Assembly: GCF_964204865.1 (NCBI RefSeq)
Contig: NC_135263.1
Span: forward strand, 8,556,001 to 8,620,000
From: Styela clava
Lineage: Eukaryota
Reading direction: 5' to 3'
Length of the DNA: 64,000 nt
Below are positions 48,201 through 62,046 of the stretch, piece by piece (the stretch's first letter is position 1; every line of letters starts with the position of its first letter). Under the pieces are notes generated by a model, which did not search any database, was not told the origin of the DNA, and was given only the letters and a program-made list of their open reading frames with translations. The position numbers were made by a program, and so were the translations under genes.

Positions 48201-49673
48201 TTCCCATCTGAAGAAAGAGAGGAGATTTATTAATTTTCGTTAAGAATAAATAAAGCAGTCTATATGATTTAGAGTGGAAAAACTAATAAATCTAATATCC
48301 CATGTCTATGTAAAATATGTTTTACTGAATTTGGTATATAAACCAACTAATAAAAGGGTTTAGTCAGAAAATTACAAGCATTCTTATACTTGAAATACTT
48401 GAGAGATCAGACTGTACAATATAGACCGGTATGAGTAAAATGTTAGGTGAACTTAACCCTTTGATTCAATACGCAAATAAAAGTTAATGAGCAATAGTAG
48501 GTTACAGCAATGAGTATATATCCTCACTGATTACAAAAAATCTAAATGGAGGTGCATGAACTATTTGAAACCATAAGGGGTAAGAAAATATGCAATTTCG
48601 GCAAATGGACAACTACGTACCGTACTGAATTAATAACTTCGTAGTATTTGACAAAAGCTGGCTTTCCCACATGTACTTAACAGTGCGATGCCCGGGTGTG
48701 ATATACAACAATAGTATTTACCTTACCTTTTTCCAATTTCTTTCTACCTCAACTTTACAAAATATCATTAAAATCGACAACAACTGTCAAAGCAGGCACG
48801 AACACCATTCGTGCTATTCCTTGAAAGCAGCACACATCCGCTCGTTGTCGTCTCGTCAAGTATGTGCAGTGGAGCGTGCTATCGGATACGATCTTCGGCT
48901 AAAAATGGCGGAGTTGCGCATCATGTTGTTTAATGTCATTGCACTGAATTGACTAGTGTTTTGTCTAGTTGAGGCAACTAGCAAAGTTGAAAGATGTGTA
49001 GGCTGTCGAAATATTTATCTGGCTGTTCATCTTTTTGGTTGGGAATATATGCTAACAAAAGAGGCTTCATAGAAAACTGAAAATCGAATGAGGAATCTAT
49101 TAGCCTAGGTTGGCTATGCCTGATAACTAAATATTAATGTTATGGCCGAACAATACAATTCCCGCCGGGTGTTTTTTTTTTGTAACCAGCCTAAACAGTA
49201 TTACAAAAAATGCTGCCTATATGTCAGAAAATTGAGTAATTACCCTCCTGTATCTCAAATTAGTAATCAATCAATTTGCAGTTACGTGTAAGTTATTTTG
49301 TAAACATGAATTTAAAAATAAAGCTGACCAATTTAAACATATTTTTGACTGGGTGTGGGAGCGAAAATACCACAATGCTTGCTTGATATGTCTGCAAGTT
49401 GTGTCGGTGACAATTTAACACGGCAGTTTCTCTTTTTGATACTTTCTCCGTTATGAAAAGATTGAAAATATAGTAGGATTTTTGCACGTTTTAGTGAGTT
49501 TTTTTTGTGGTTTTTGCATGCTTTAGCTTAAAAAAAGTTAAATAATGATCAATGTATTTGACAATAAAAGTGTTTGTTTTGCACTGTTAACATATTCTTG
49601 GCACTATTGTGGCCCGCGAACAATACAAAAATAATAGTGTGGCCCGCGAGGTCGACAACCTTGAACCAACCTG
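45240..49673. mobile_element. 4.4-kb non-autonomous hAT element containing a nested hAT and unexplained internal sequence
   Basis: TIRs CAGGGTGGTCAAAACC ... CCTTGAACCAACCTG with subterminal GGCCCGCG repeats and perfect TSD GTATAGTT (45232-45239 / 49674-49681). Confidence 0.85.
46701..47862. mobile_element. Non-autonomous hAT element (~1.16 kb), copy 2, nested in the 45240-49673 element
   Basis: GGTGTCAAACTC ... GAGTTTGACATCCCTG. Same family as 38641-39830. Flanks GAATAGAT/GTCTAGAT look like an eroded TSD. Confidence 0.85.
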
Positions 49674-50989
49674 GTATAGTTCATGAAAGGTTTTGATCTA
49701 CTTCCTACTTCCACATTGTTGATAATAACTAAATGTATCAATAGAATATTCATTGAGCTAGTAATACACAGCCTTTCACGCTGTCGACGTTTAAAAATAT
49801 AATGAAGCAGTCACATTGATCAAGGAGCTTCGAGCATAATAAGTTAGTCGCCATTTGATCGTCTCATCATACTCAACAACGTAGCTAAAAAAGTAAAATT
49901 ACAGTCCAGCCATGGCAAGACTTACATTCACGTATTTGAGAATCTCTTGGAATTTTATGTCTCGATCAAATTTTTTACCCAATACATTTAAATTTTAAAC
50001 CATAAGACGTCATAGATAGACAAACGCTGACACACAATCACATAAAAATGTTGAAAAAAAATCACTCACTTGGTGAGAGAAACCGGGGAGGGCCCGCGAA
50101 CTATTCGATTTTTTTTCAAAATACTGACTTGGCTTGGATTTTGTAACTGTCCACCCGTTGACAAAAAAAAATTCTGCGGATAACAAGTTTTCTGTTGCGT
50201 AAAATATTCAATCCATGGTCGATGCTAGCATTTATAATATCTTGACTATTGTCATAATAATTTAATTATATTTATCGTTTCTCGTCTTTGAGTTGAGATT
50301 ACTATCACGATGACTAAAATGAAAGATTACTAATCTAAAATAATATAAAATACGTGATGAACAGCCGACTATAAATAGATTGGAATCGTATTTTTGCGAC
50401 CTTTTGATTCGTCAAATTTGTGTTGTTTTTCCAGCACTCGAGGTTATTATTAGGCAAGATATCGCCATTACAAATACCCTAAGATCAAGGTAAAATATCA
50501 ATGAGTACAATCGTAACTATATGTACAATCTACAATTGCCCAATTCATGACCAATGACTGTTCATGACCGATGCGTGCATATTTGAAATGCCTTGTTTAT
50601 TGGCTTAATTGTGCTGGATGTATGACATACGACTATATAGAATCATCACTGCTAAAATTACCACGGCAATCCGCGGACATGAAATGAGAAACAAAGTCAA
50701 GTAAACGAAGCACTTGTGGACTACCATTCATCCCGAACAATGCTGTCATCATAAGATATTATAATAAGTTGTCTATAAGTATATTTTGATTTTCCCGCAA
50801 AAAAAAATCATACACAAAACACAAACAATGAACACACAGAAGGTTGGGAAATCTGGCAAAACCGTTACAAGGGTTTAATACATGTAAATATACATGCGCC
50901 AGTTTACCCACATTCAACGCAATGCTGTACTGCTTACAGAAGAACATCCCTCCCGCCGGTACCGGTAGTTTTGATTAAGATTAAGATTG

Positions 50990-51401
50990 TGTGGCAGATT
51001 ACAGCGATTTAGCGACTTGGCCAAATTTGATCCGTTCTTGCAACACTGACTCCGCCCCATCGCAGGTCTGCCACTCAGATTCTTTTTAAGACATTGTCGC
51101 GGACTAAAGTGTCCGTGGTTATATGGTGTGTATACATATATTTTTATGTTTATAAACAGTTATGTTGACTATTGTTTGATGCTGATTTGTCGGATTTGGA
51201 CTCCGTCCACTCACTACACGTGAGAAAAAAAACTGTCTTTCGCTCTCTAATCTCCGGCCGTCGGGCTGGAGGTCGGACGTGGGTTAGTTCTTTGGTGATG
51301 TAGGCTAATCTGTTATGTGGTTTTAAGTTTGATATTAGAGTTGCCGTACAATAAACAACAAATCCGGAATCCTTAAGTCTTCTGATTCATCTACAACCAC
51401 A
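50990..51401 (+). mobile_element. Probable solo LTR
   Basis: Bounded by TGTGG...CCACA, with TATAAA-like sequence near 51150 and AATAAA near 51350, ~50 nt from the 3' end. The TSD does not match cleanly. Confidence 0.45.
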
Positions 51402-52867
51402 TTAGAAACATCTTTATACCGTGACAATATATCACCGTTGGAAAAATTCCAAGATCTGGACAAAATATGAAGGATTGAAATTTACTTTATTGCATTAATA
51501 ATTTGATTGATATACGTTACATTAATTAATTATCCTATATATCGTCATATACTGAAAAAAAGTCGCATGCAGCTCTGTAGTTAATTTCAAAATAGATAAA
51601 AAGGTACATCGCGCGCACAATTGACTGTGTTTTGATTTTAGTGACTACGGTTTAATTTCCAAAGAAAACCTTACACAGCACCAAAATTGGTGAAAAGCGG
51701 TTTCAATCCGTCGCGAGTCTGCTAAAACAAAACTTATGGTGTTATCTTCCGTTTTATAATGCCAATTTTCAATCGAAAAATTTGGTTTGCGGAACCACCT
51801 CTTTATTAATTATTTTTAGCATCTCGTCGCCGATGATTATAATAAACCTAATAACTACACATTGAACTCACAATTCCGCACGAGAACCCAAAAAATAATT
51901 ATCGTCGTCTCGAGGAATACATATGCCGAAGAAAATCTGTGATTTAGGAAGAATAACCACCGACGGAAGGAAGTTTACTGCATAAAACAAGTCACGTTGA
52001 CGAAAATAATCGGCGATTTTAACAAAATGTAATCGCGCACGTTTATTAGCGACTTTTTCAGTCTTCCAAAAATACCAAAAGGAATTTATTAATAATGGTT
52101 GTCAAGTGTCAAATTTACAGCTTGCCAGATCACGTCATATTTTGGTGCCCTTGTGAATGAAAAATCAATTGCAGGGCAGAAAGAATTACGATTATTTTGC
52201 GTGATTTTTATGGAAAAGCAGCCAGCCTCGGTGATTTTTTTTTCTATTTTCCTTCACATCCCACTACTTTTCTCTTGGCTAGAATGGTCGCTGATCTTTC
52301 CTGGGCCCGATCTAATTTCGCTCACTCCATCCATGATGCTTGTCGTCTGATCTAGTTTTGCCCACCCCGTTCATGTTCGCTCACTCACTCCATCCATGCT
52401 GCTCTGACCCCTTTCTTAACCCTGTCGCTGGATTTCCTTACTATATCGCTCCGTTATTTCACTCCCACTCGTCTTTTTCGCCACACTCTTCGCTGATTAT
52501 TAGCGCCATTTTTACTTAAAATCGATGATAAGTAATTACTACACAAGTTAAACGGACGCAATGTTGAGGTCAATACAAAAATCAAGTGAATGCAATTCTC
52601 TATGTAACAGTGTATCTTTCTCTTCATTCTAATACTACGTCGAGGTCACTCGTCATATTTCTCCGGATTCTGATGAAATATCAGCTAAGCAATGTAAAAG
52701 GCTATGGTCTAATATAAATGCATTCATTGGGATTCTATTGCGATTCGCGTATGAAAATTTCTGTGGTGCCCAATTTCTCAGCACATGCTTTTTTGCTTAA
52801 TGGACAATCCTGCACAGCTTAATACATATAATTAATCTATCTATTTAATACATATAATTTATCTTAT

Positions 52868-53366
52868 GGGCCTTTCCCGAGCATCGACTTCCTTGTTTAC
52901 TTCGTGACATTGGCCAATCAGCAAGATGACAAAATTGACGTAACAATGCTCCTTTTTCGCATCCGCTCAGACACTTTTCTCACTCAGACTGATTTTCAGG
53001 CGTGGTCGTAAATATCACCTCGTTTTCGCGTTTTTGAACGCTATTCATTAGTTTTCAGCTGTGTTTCGGAAATTCAAATACAAATCAGATAATTCAATGA
53101 TCACTCTGTCTTCCTAGGAGTTTTAATTTAAATGCAGTAATAAAAAATTAGTCTAGAAATAGCTGTGATAGACTGGGCTAAAATTCTTTACCGGAACTTT
53201 TAAAAAACAGGTTGTTGTATGCGATGGATCATAATGATGGTTCGAAACACATACCACATTTTACAGACGCCAACTCGCGAAACCACTCTTAAAATAGGTC
53301 CCGAAAATTTTGCAATGGCAAGGTATAGGAAGTATTTTTCGGGGGTCAAAGGTCGGGGAAAGGTCC
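52868..53366. mobile_element. MITE family A, copy 2
   Basis: GGGCCTTTCCCGAGCATCGACTTCC ... GGTCGGGGAAAGGTCC. Colinear with 7705-8202. Confidence 0.87.
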
Positions 53367-53494
53367 TTTAAAAAGTTTTAGTATTTAAATTAGGTTTCTG
53401 TATTAATACCCTCAAAATATGATAATTATTCTTCTGAGGAGTAATGAAATCTTTCATCTGTTTTCTTGCTATTCCAAAATCACAATATCTAGGC

Positions 53495-53971
53495 CAGGGT
53501 GGTCCAAACCCAGGCCCGCGGGCCACATGTGGCCCGCCGCGTCATTATCTGTGGCCCGCGTCACATTCGTACATCGCATTTCAAATCGCAATTAATTAAA
53601 AAAACATATTGTTACACATTATTGATACATATATTTGACACTAATGTCACTGAATTGACTAGTGTTATGGCTATAGCTGAGGCAAATAGCGAAGTTGAAT
53701 GATGTGCTCGGCGGTCTAAATTATTATCTGGCTTTCTATCTTTTTGGTCGGAAATATATGCTAACAATATAGGCATCATAGAAAATTAAAAATCGAATGC
53801 GGATTCTATTAGCCTAGGATGGCTATGTCTGATAACTATGTGTTTGACTTTGCACAATAAAAGTGTTTGTTCTGTATTGCACTGTTCACCTATTCTTGGC
53901 ACTATGGTGGCTCGCGAACAAGGAAAAAATAAATTTGTGGCCCGCGGAGCCGACAACCTTGGACTACCCCG
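53495..53971. mobile_element. hAT MITE (477 bp), short relative of the 45240-49673 element
   Basis: TIRs CAGGGTGGTCCAA ... TTGGACTACCCCG and perfect TSD ATCTAGGC (53487-53494 / 53972-53979). Interior matches ~48930-49130 and ~49560-49673. Confidence 0.9.
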
Positions 53972-54661
53972 ATCTAGGCAGTAATGGCTGTGGAGTCTGA
54001 CAGTACTAGTTGGCTCAACCAAGTAGGGGCGAGTCTTGGGAAAAGCCACGTTGTAGGGGGCAGCTGATCCGAACTGTGGAGTTCCCGTTATCACATATAT
54101 GAGTTTGTTGCTCAGTTTGATGCTTTATTTACATAATAACAGTGGCGGCGCGTCAATAGGGCCAACCGGGGCGATGCCCCGGTTGTTTTTTCGGTATAAT
54201 AAAAAATATTCGAAAAATACCTCAATATCGGTTGCACAGACTGTCTACACTAGCCATATTCTCCCGACATGGTTCATTTTTCGCTCGCAAAGCCTTCGCC
54301 GAACGTCGACGGGGCGACGCCGATTTTGGCCCGGTTGCTCATTGTATATCGTATTCTCTCTTTTATCTTCCACTCGCCGCGTTTGTTTTCTGTTTCTTTT
54401 ACTAAATCATCGGGGCCGATCGGGGCTAGCCCCGAAATTTTGACGACACAATGCCGACGTTCCTTACAACAACGTGTTGACATATTCACGCATTCCTTCT
54501 CGTTCGTTGGTTGCTTGAAGTTTCCTCGCCTTCGTTTTTGTCGCTTGTTTCGCTATTTGAATCAGTTAGAGACCTTTAGTCCATTTGCTTTCGATTTTCC
54601 ACATTCCTTTTGAGCTCCTCACTTCTTTCCGGCTTCGCATTTCTTAGCCTTAGACCTCATA

Positions 54662-56971
54662 ATGAATAAGGTTGATGCACTACTTCGCACTCCGTTTTCG
54701 CAGCTGCCGCTGGAACAAAAATTAGAGGTACAACGTCTTGGGCCTTATCTACCAAAAAATTGTTCACTGGAACAATCCCATGACGGAGGAAAGCGTCGGC
54801 GTACATTCTGCGCAGAAACTTGGTATAAAAAACACGAATGGTTGTGTTACAGCGAGGACAAAAATGTACTTTTTTGTTTTTATTACCTACTTTTTGCTAC
54901 CGCCCGTGACTCACGTTGGTGTAAATTTGGTTTTAGAGATCTTAAACATCTTTCCGAGCGTGCCAGGGATCATCAATCTTCTATGGAGCATCTGGACAAT
55001 GCAGTAAAATACCGAACATTCGGAAATGTTAATATTGCAGCACAGTTGGATGAAGGACGCGCGGTTTCTATTCGTCGGCACAACCAAAACGTCGAGAAAA
55101 ACCGCCATGTTCTCGGTCGATTGATAGATGTTTTGAAGTTCATTGGTTGTCACGAGCTGTCCCTCCGTGGGCACGATGAATGGGCTGGCTCTTCTAATAG
55201 AGGGGTATTTTTGGATATGGTGGAATACACCGCATCCCTAGATACAGTATTGAGAGATCATCTTGATGCCGCAACTGTTTCGAAAGGGACATCTAAGGAT
55301 ATCCAAAATGATTTGCTCGACTCAATGTATAAAATTTATTTACAACATTTGGCTCTGGAAATTGAGAATTGCCAGTTCCTTTCGATTCAGTCTGATGAGA
55401 CAACTGGCATCACGTGCGTTTCCCAACTGGCTGTGATTTTTCGGTTTGTGAAAGATGGTAAACCTACCGAGAGATTTCACAGCTTTGTACCAATCGTTGA
55501 TCGCACGGCTTGCGGGATATCGGCTGTACTGAAAGAAGTGTTACAGCCTTACAACGCGAAGTCAAAATTGATAGCTCAAACTTATGACGGCGCGGCAGTC
55601 ATTAGTGGGTCGGAACATGGTGTTCAAGTTTATATAAAAGAAGATTTTCCTCATGCGCATTTTTTACATTGTTATGCACACCAATTTAACCTCGTTATTA
55701 AAAATATGTGTCTTGATACCCCTCTCGTCCGTATATTTTTTGCAAATGTTTCGGGGTTTTCTTCATTTTTTTCCGTTTCGCCGAAGCGCTCTGACCTCCT
55801 TCGCCAGATATGTAGCCGCCGTCTACCAGCTTGGGCACCAACACGTTGGAACTTCCAATCACGCGTGGTGCAGGGCGTGTCCGAAATTAGGTCTGAGCTC
55901 ATTGAGTGTTTCAATGGCATTCAGAGCTCTCCGGTTTGGGACGAACGCTCTGTGAGGGAGGCGGCAGGTCTAAAGCGTCTGCTAGAAGATGGTGAGTTTT
56001 CATTTTTTTTTCGCTTTTTTCTCCACAATTGTTATATCTTTATAACAAGTAATGAATACAGACTCATTACAAAACTGCACGCGATTTATTTGGACATCCG
56101 TCCGTCAAATTAGTTCAGAACAAAAGACCTCTAAACAGAGGAAAAACAACTTACGGCACTAGACAGCATTGTGACGTAACAATATAGCACACAAGCAGAT
56201 AGAGTAGTAAACAAGCTATGATAGTAAGCTTAACATAATATATAACAAATATTCTATCACGTGGATGTATTATACGGCGCATTGCAGTCAATGCTAATGG
56301 ATGGAGCGTCTGTGCAGTCGTGTATTTCAGACTTCTGCGATGCTGTATCTCGTATCCGGGAAACAATAAAATACGACGACACATGGAGTGCTTCTTTACG
56401 CCGCGGGCAAACAACGCAGCGTTTTATTTTGTCTGCAAAGGAATGCTGTGACATTCTGGTGAATCAAATAGGCGATCGTCTGCGCACTGAACACCTTGCC
56501 GCGTTCTCTTTGATGAACCCCAAAATTTTTTCAAAATTTGCAAGTCAATTTCCCATCCATTTGTTGGCTACTGTCTCCAAATTTTACCCCATGATAAACG
56601 TGGGTAAATTGGAAAATGAATTGCGATGTATATACACCAATCAAACTTTATTGAACATCACATCAACTTGCGCGCTCTATGGGTTCCTCATAGATAACAC
56701 TCTAGTAACTACCTTTGCGGCGTCTGCAAAATTTCTGGACATCATTTTGACGACGCCTATTTCTTCCGCCGACGCAGAGCGAACATTCAGCACGCTCAAG
56801 CGTATTAAAACGTATCTCAGAAACACAATGAAGCAAGATAGATTAAATTCCTTGGCTGTTTTATCCATTCACAGAGACGTTATTTCTGGGATGCATGACT
56901 TTAATCAGCGCGTTATTGAGCATTTTGCTTCCAAGAAACCGCGGCGTGTTGCATATATGTTCAAGCAGTAG
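54662..56971 (+). pseudogene. hAT transposase (TTF-type zinc finger, DUF4371-like region, C-terminal hAT dimerisation domain), interrupted
   Basis: ORFs 54662-56113 and 56261-56971. Motifs WLCYS...FCFYYLLF, LRGHDE, DETT, QTYDG, HCYAH, PTRWN and AERTFSTLKRIKTYLRNTMKQDRLNSLAVLSIH. Split by the insertion at 56030-56247 and one extra T in the poly-T at ~56003-56011. Confidence 0.92.
56030..56247 (-). mobile_element. Solo LTR (218 bp) inserted in the hAT transposase
   Basis: Ends TGTTATAT...ATATAACA (TG..CA with short inverted termini), AATAAA on the minus strand near 56085, and flanking AAT duplication. Removing it and the extra T rejoins ...FFSTI|FYHVDVLY. Confidence 0.75.
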
Positions 56972-58603
56972 AAGTCTAGCAGCATATATATCTATGAGTG
57001 AGCGACGCATGTCCTTATCTTTGCATTACCTTTCCTTTCTTCATAGTAACGTTTTAAACCTTATTTTAGGTTTTGTCTGCTTTCCCGAAGTTTCTGTTAA
57101 TATGTCATTGTATTTATCTGGGTAAATATTGCCTTTCCTTTTGAAAGAGGTTTCAAAATAAACTATGTCTATATTTATTAATCCCTTGACTTGGACCGGT
57201 TCTAAAGACACTTTCTTATCGTTAAAAATTGTCGCTTTTGCCGATTGGTTGTTACCGATGGAATGGTTTTTATACTCATAAAATGATGGGAGAACTTACA
57301 GCGCTCATCCTGTCCCCGTATATGGGGGTGACTTGGCCCCGCAGTAGCTTGCCCCGGTTGTCAAAATGACCACGCGCCGGCACTGCCTAATAATACAAAT
57401 ATTTCACCCTTACATGACCTTAATTTATTTATTTTCATGTATATATATATAACCATTTTGTCTATCCCTCGAATTGTTTTTGGAGCTAGTTAGGGCAACA
57501 TTATCAAAAACTCGCCCTGGGCATCAAAAAGGCACTCCCCTGACCAAGTATCAGCTTGTTAAATATATGGATCTTTAGTTTATTTGTCCATCATTCATAA
57601 AATACACTTTGTGAAATAAGAATGCAAAAAAAAATTAAAATCGAAGGTTTGAGTAATCTCGAATATCACTTTTTATAATTAAATTGTGAATACAAACCCC
57701 TACTTTACGCGACCGAAATACAGCCTATCACTTTTGTCGCAGAAAAATTCGCGAAATTAATAGTTCTTCGAATGAAATTTTTTTATTGAACAATTTAGGG
57801 GCCGTTTTGTAAGAAAAACTGTCGTGCAAATGTTATCTTCCATTTAGTAAAAATCGCTACGCCTAGATAGCGATCGAGATTGATAATCTCAGAATTTTTT
57901 TGTTTGTTGATCGCCTGTTTTTCTCGTCGGCGTGACTTGGTTGTATAGGCCCTGAACATCAGTAAGCGGCAAATCAATCAATACAACTACAGCAAAAGAG
58001 TTCTATGTAGGTTAACCCCAATTTCTAGAGTTTTTACCGTTAGCTATTTTCATATTTGTCCCGTCGATTTATCCTATGGCCTCTGAGATTCGGTTGTCAG
58101 CCAATTCCGCATATGGGTAACAGTTTATTGCCTCGTATGCCGGAAAAATTGTGACACGTCGATATCACACTCTTCATTTATCATGTAGACCTCAGTGGAA
58201 CCATACGAATATTGAATAATTTTTGTCGGCTGTACGTCTTCAAATATCACTTGTGGGCTAGTTTCATTCACTACCGAGTGAGCGGATTCTCATTAGAAAC
58301 TATTTTCCTTGACAATGATTACATGCTCATGAGAAAAAAAATTAGATGTGCAAAGTGTATTTGATAATGGGTACAAAACAAAACACTTACAGTGAACATA
58401 AAGATACATGATGGTGGGATGTCAATTAGGATTGCACAGATTCCAGAAAAATACAGAAAATATTAATGGTTGGTCATATCAATGCTACATCACAAGATTT
58501 ATCAAAGAATTAATGACCAAACGGAATATGACTAGAATTGATCACATAAGAAGCAGCAATTATATAAAACATTCAACGGAAAAAGCATGAAATAGAGTTA
58601 CAA

Positions 58604-60625
58604 TCAAATTTCATTTTTTCTTCTAGCTTTCTTTGGATTTCTTGATCTACTCTTTGCTTTGCACAATGGGCAAATTGGTGCATTTCGATGAATAAGTTGA
58701 TGACAAGATTGACAAGACTGGAAGAAAAATGAAATAAATGATTTGACTATGCATGCAACTTTGCAGCATATTGGTTGATAATACGAAAAATTCTGATCAC
58801 AGAATAGAAGATTAGATAATTTGAAGGCTCATATTACTGGTGCAGTCATGGTGCCTACAATAAAAATGATATCTATTCTATGTTACATCTACCACTCAAA
58901 GACAGTGCTCAAACAAATTCCAACTATAAAAATGTCAATTGAACCATTTTCATGTATGCTCCACACACTATTTGCCCTTTAAAGATAGCTCTGAGTATAT
59001 AACTAAAAATCTTATGAATACAAACCTTCATTGGAGCGGGTTGCTGCTGCCGGATTGTTGGTTTAGTAAGTGTGATTTTTCCACAATTTATTGGGCCTGA
59101 GGGCAGATTCAGCTGTAGAGCAGGTGGTTCTGGAACTGGTTGAACACTTGATGATGTTACTTCAGACTCTGAAGATTCACTAATTAGAAAACATTATTAC
59201 ACATTGAATTTCAAACCATCAACATAATAAGAAAAACACCCTTATCACAGCACAAAATTGAATTATTGCAGTTCGCAAAGTTTTTCAGCTGAATTAAAAC
59301 TGATGTACCCACCCAGATTTTAGAACATAATTTAAACTCTCTGGTTCTTGCAAAGGTTGTACACCAACAGCTGATCTCATTTCATCTAGTTCTTTCTTGA
59401 GAGGTAAAAATTCTTCATGTGCTTTTTTAATTTCATCTACTAACCGTTGCCGGGCAGTTTTTGCTTGCTTTGCTAGATTTTCCATCTAAAAAAATACTGA
59501 GAATTTAAAAAAATATAACAACAACACATTTTCCTTCACCACGCTATATCTTTGGGTTGAAATATGAAAAAAAGTGTGAATTTTAGTACATTTCTAGTGT
59601 TCTAATAATAAACTATAAGCCCTTAACTTGCTGATATTTTATTATTATATGAGAGATATATTGGCTGACTAAATGTAAAAGTATGATTGTAATTTGGCGC
59701 ATTTCAATATCCTATACCTTGCGTAAACGCATGGTAATTCACAGTACATTTTACATAAGCTTGCAATTAGTACCAATATATTATGATTGAATAAAAATCA
59801 TAAAAAAACTTTTTTGTTACACTTAAAAAATTAGAACATCTTAGAATGGGATGAATGATGTCGATATTTCACAGAACTACTCTCATACATGATTAGAATA
59901 AATTAAATAAACCTACTGTATTAATATCTGTGTGAATCAGCCTTAGTTCCTCAACATGAGCCATTTTTTCTTGAATTAATAACTCGATTTCAGTCTGATA
60001 ATCAGCCAAGCACTTTTCCTCACTATGTAGATCATTCATGAGTTCTTTCATGTTCAATTTCATTTTCTCCGCAACAACAGTTTTTTGCCTATAAACGGAA
60101 ACAGAATCGATCTTTCACATTATCTCTAAATGATATTCGAAATCGAAAAATTTGCACATTGAACAACTCAAATATAGTGAAAAGTATAACTTTATGAGCT
60201 CTTATAAATAGAGAAAAATGAGAGTCGAATATTACATATCCTGAAATGTCTCAAGCCTTGTGAAAATTGGCATTTACCAACATGTAATACCATGGTATGG
60301 CTTTGATTTTATAGATTGTCCCTGTAGCTCTCGGCTCTTTAAATCTGTAAGTGGTGACCATAATTTCACCGAAGCACTCAGAGATCAGTCGGCTTTATCT
60401 CAGACTCAGTGTGCATGACCATGTTTTTGAGAAAATTTTTCCTAAAAAAAATATGCCACACAGTTTGAAAAAGGCACTAAAGTACCGTGGCATAGCGGTA
60501 CTCTAATTTCTAACGTTAGCCTGCTTCCTACTGTCCTAGGTTGAGCCTATTTCACAAAGTTACCTAATTTCTTTCACGAGTTCAAGCTTTGCAAAATAAT
60601 CTTCTTCAGAACTTTCGGGATCCAT
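58604..60625 (-). CDS. ZC4H2: Zinc finger C4H2 domain-containing protein, 5 exons
   Basis: Exons 60564-60625, 59917-60088, 59313-59485, 59026-59179, 58604-58717. Motifs [27 protein letters not shown] and [38 protein letters not shown]. Confidence 0.96.
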
Positions 60626-61694
60626 CTTTCTATTGTATTTTCGGATTTCACCAAACAAATGACAAAAAATACACTTTTCCAGAGAGCCAACACTAAGAGA
60701 TCTAAAACGATGTTGCCTAGAGCCTGGAATTCTACAAGTTTAAAGAATTTGTATGAAGGTCTTAATGCTAATTTGATAAGTTACGATATTTAAAGAACCA
60801 ATTTCTTTCCCCGCCTCCTGACTGGCTTTACACGTAAGACTGGCGGTAAGGTAATTTTTTTTGGTTCTACAATGTGGATTATTCAATTATTAAAAAAAAT
60901 ATAAAATAATAAATGAACAACGATGAATTATCATACGAAAATAACAAACTAATACAATACGAGCAGAGTTGTTTTATTATAGTCCATTCACCATTGATTG
61001 TATTGTTATTTATTTTTTACCATTAATTATTAAGAAAATTTTTTAATATATATTAGTTTCAATACTATGGATCACAGTTTTAAAAATCTGCAAGCTATTA
61101 TAGCAAGTTCTCTTGTGAAAATCGGATGTTGCCTAAACTTTTCTACCTAGCCTATATTTCTTCTCACTATAGCCTATAGGCCTACTGCTGCTATTCTTCA
61201 AACCTTTCTTGAGGTTTTGTTTGCTCTGCCGATTCTATAATCAGTTATTTTCTTTCTTTTTTTTGTTTTTATCCATTTATCGTCAACTGCTGATTATGGA
61301 GTCGAAATAAACTTACTTATAAGTATATGGAACTTCTCAATTTTCATGATTAGAATGCTATGTATCCCCTATCCTATCCTAACATTTGGATTAGCATTTT
61401 GAAAAATTACTGCATTCTAACCAAATTTTGTGCATCGAAGTGCAAAATAGTAATATGATAGGATATAGTTTTCAACCGACAATAGACTTCACCCGCAACA
61501 ATAAATAAATGGAAAAAACAATGTTAGGCACAGACAGTACATTCAGGGTCGGATCAGGAGTCTTATTTTTACCTCTTCGGAGCCGTAAGACGGAATTCTG
61601 ATGTTAATGAAATTAATTTAAATATTAATTAAATTTAATGAAAGTCTGAATATCTGATAAAATTCGGAATTTTTACTCAAGAATTTCAGGGGTT

Positions 61695-62046
61695 TAGGAT
61701 TTAGGATAGGATTTACATATTTATCCCGGGGGAGAGGAAAGCCGATAAGACGGCTTATCCATATGGCGAACCACGGCCTCTCGTCCGGTTACCATTCCAA
61801 GTCGGGTATGGGATTAGTTTTTACTGTATTGTTTGTTTTCGGAAGCATGGACTTGGTGGTGGAGGAAGCCGTAACCGACCAGCGGTTACGTGAACCACCC
61901 AACGACGGCGAGGAGTCCAGCAATCCTCTCGCACATAACCATCCCTGCATGGGATTCGAACCTGCGAACCCACGCAGAGTAATTAGAGGTGCGGTGGCGA
62001 GCGTATTCCTAACGCTTAGCCCGTTGAGCCACACCGCCGCGCCACC
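61695..62046 (-). mobile_element. tRNA-derived SINE, second young copy
   Basis: Reverse complement of 23343-23718 with few differences. A box TGGCTCAACGGG, B box GGTTCGAATCC and ATCCT tail. Confidence 0.88.

Larger units (their letters stand above)
54140..57385 (+). mobile_element. Full-length hAT (Tip100/ZMYM1-like) DNA transposon
   Basis: TIRs CAGTGGCGGCGCGT ... ACGCGCCGGCACTG, near-perfect 8-bp TSD CATAATAA/CCTAATAA, subterminal GCCCCGGTTG repeats, and an internal transposase. Confidence 0.93.

Noticed and set aside
55992-56287. GTGAGT donor that might splice out the LTR and rescue the transposase
   Set aside because: The best downstream acceptor (TTGCAG at ~56287) gives the wrong frame and would delete conserved residues.
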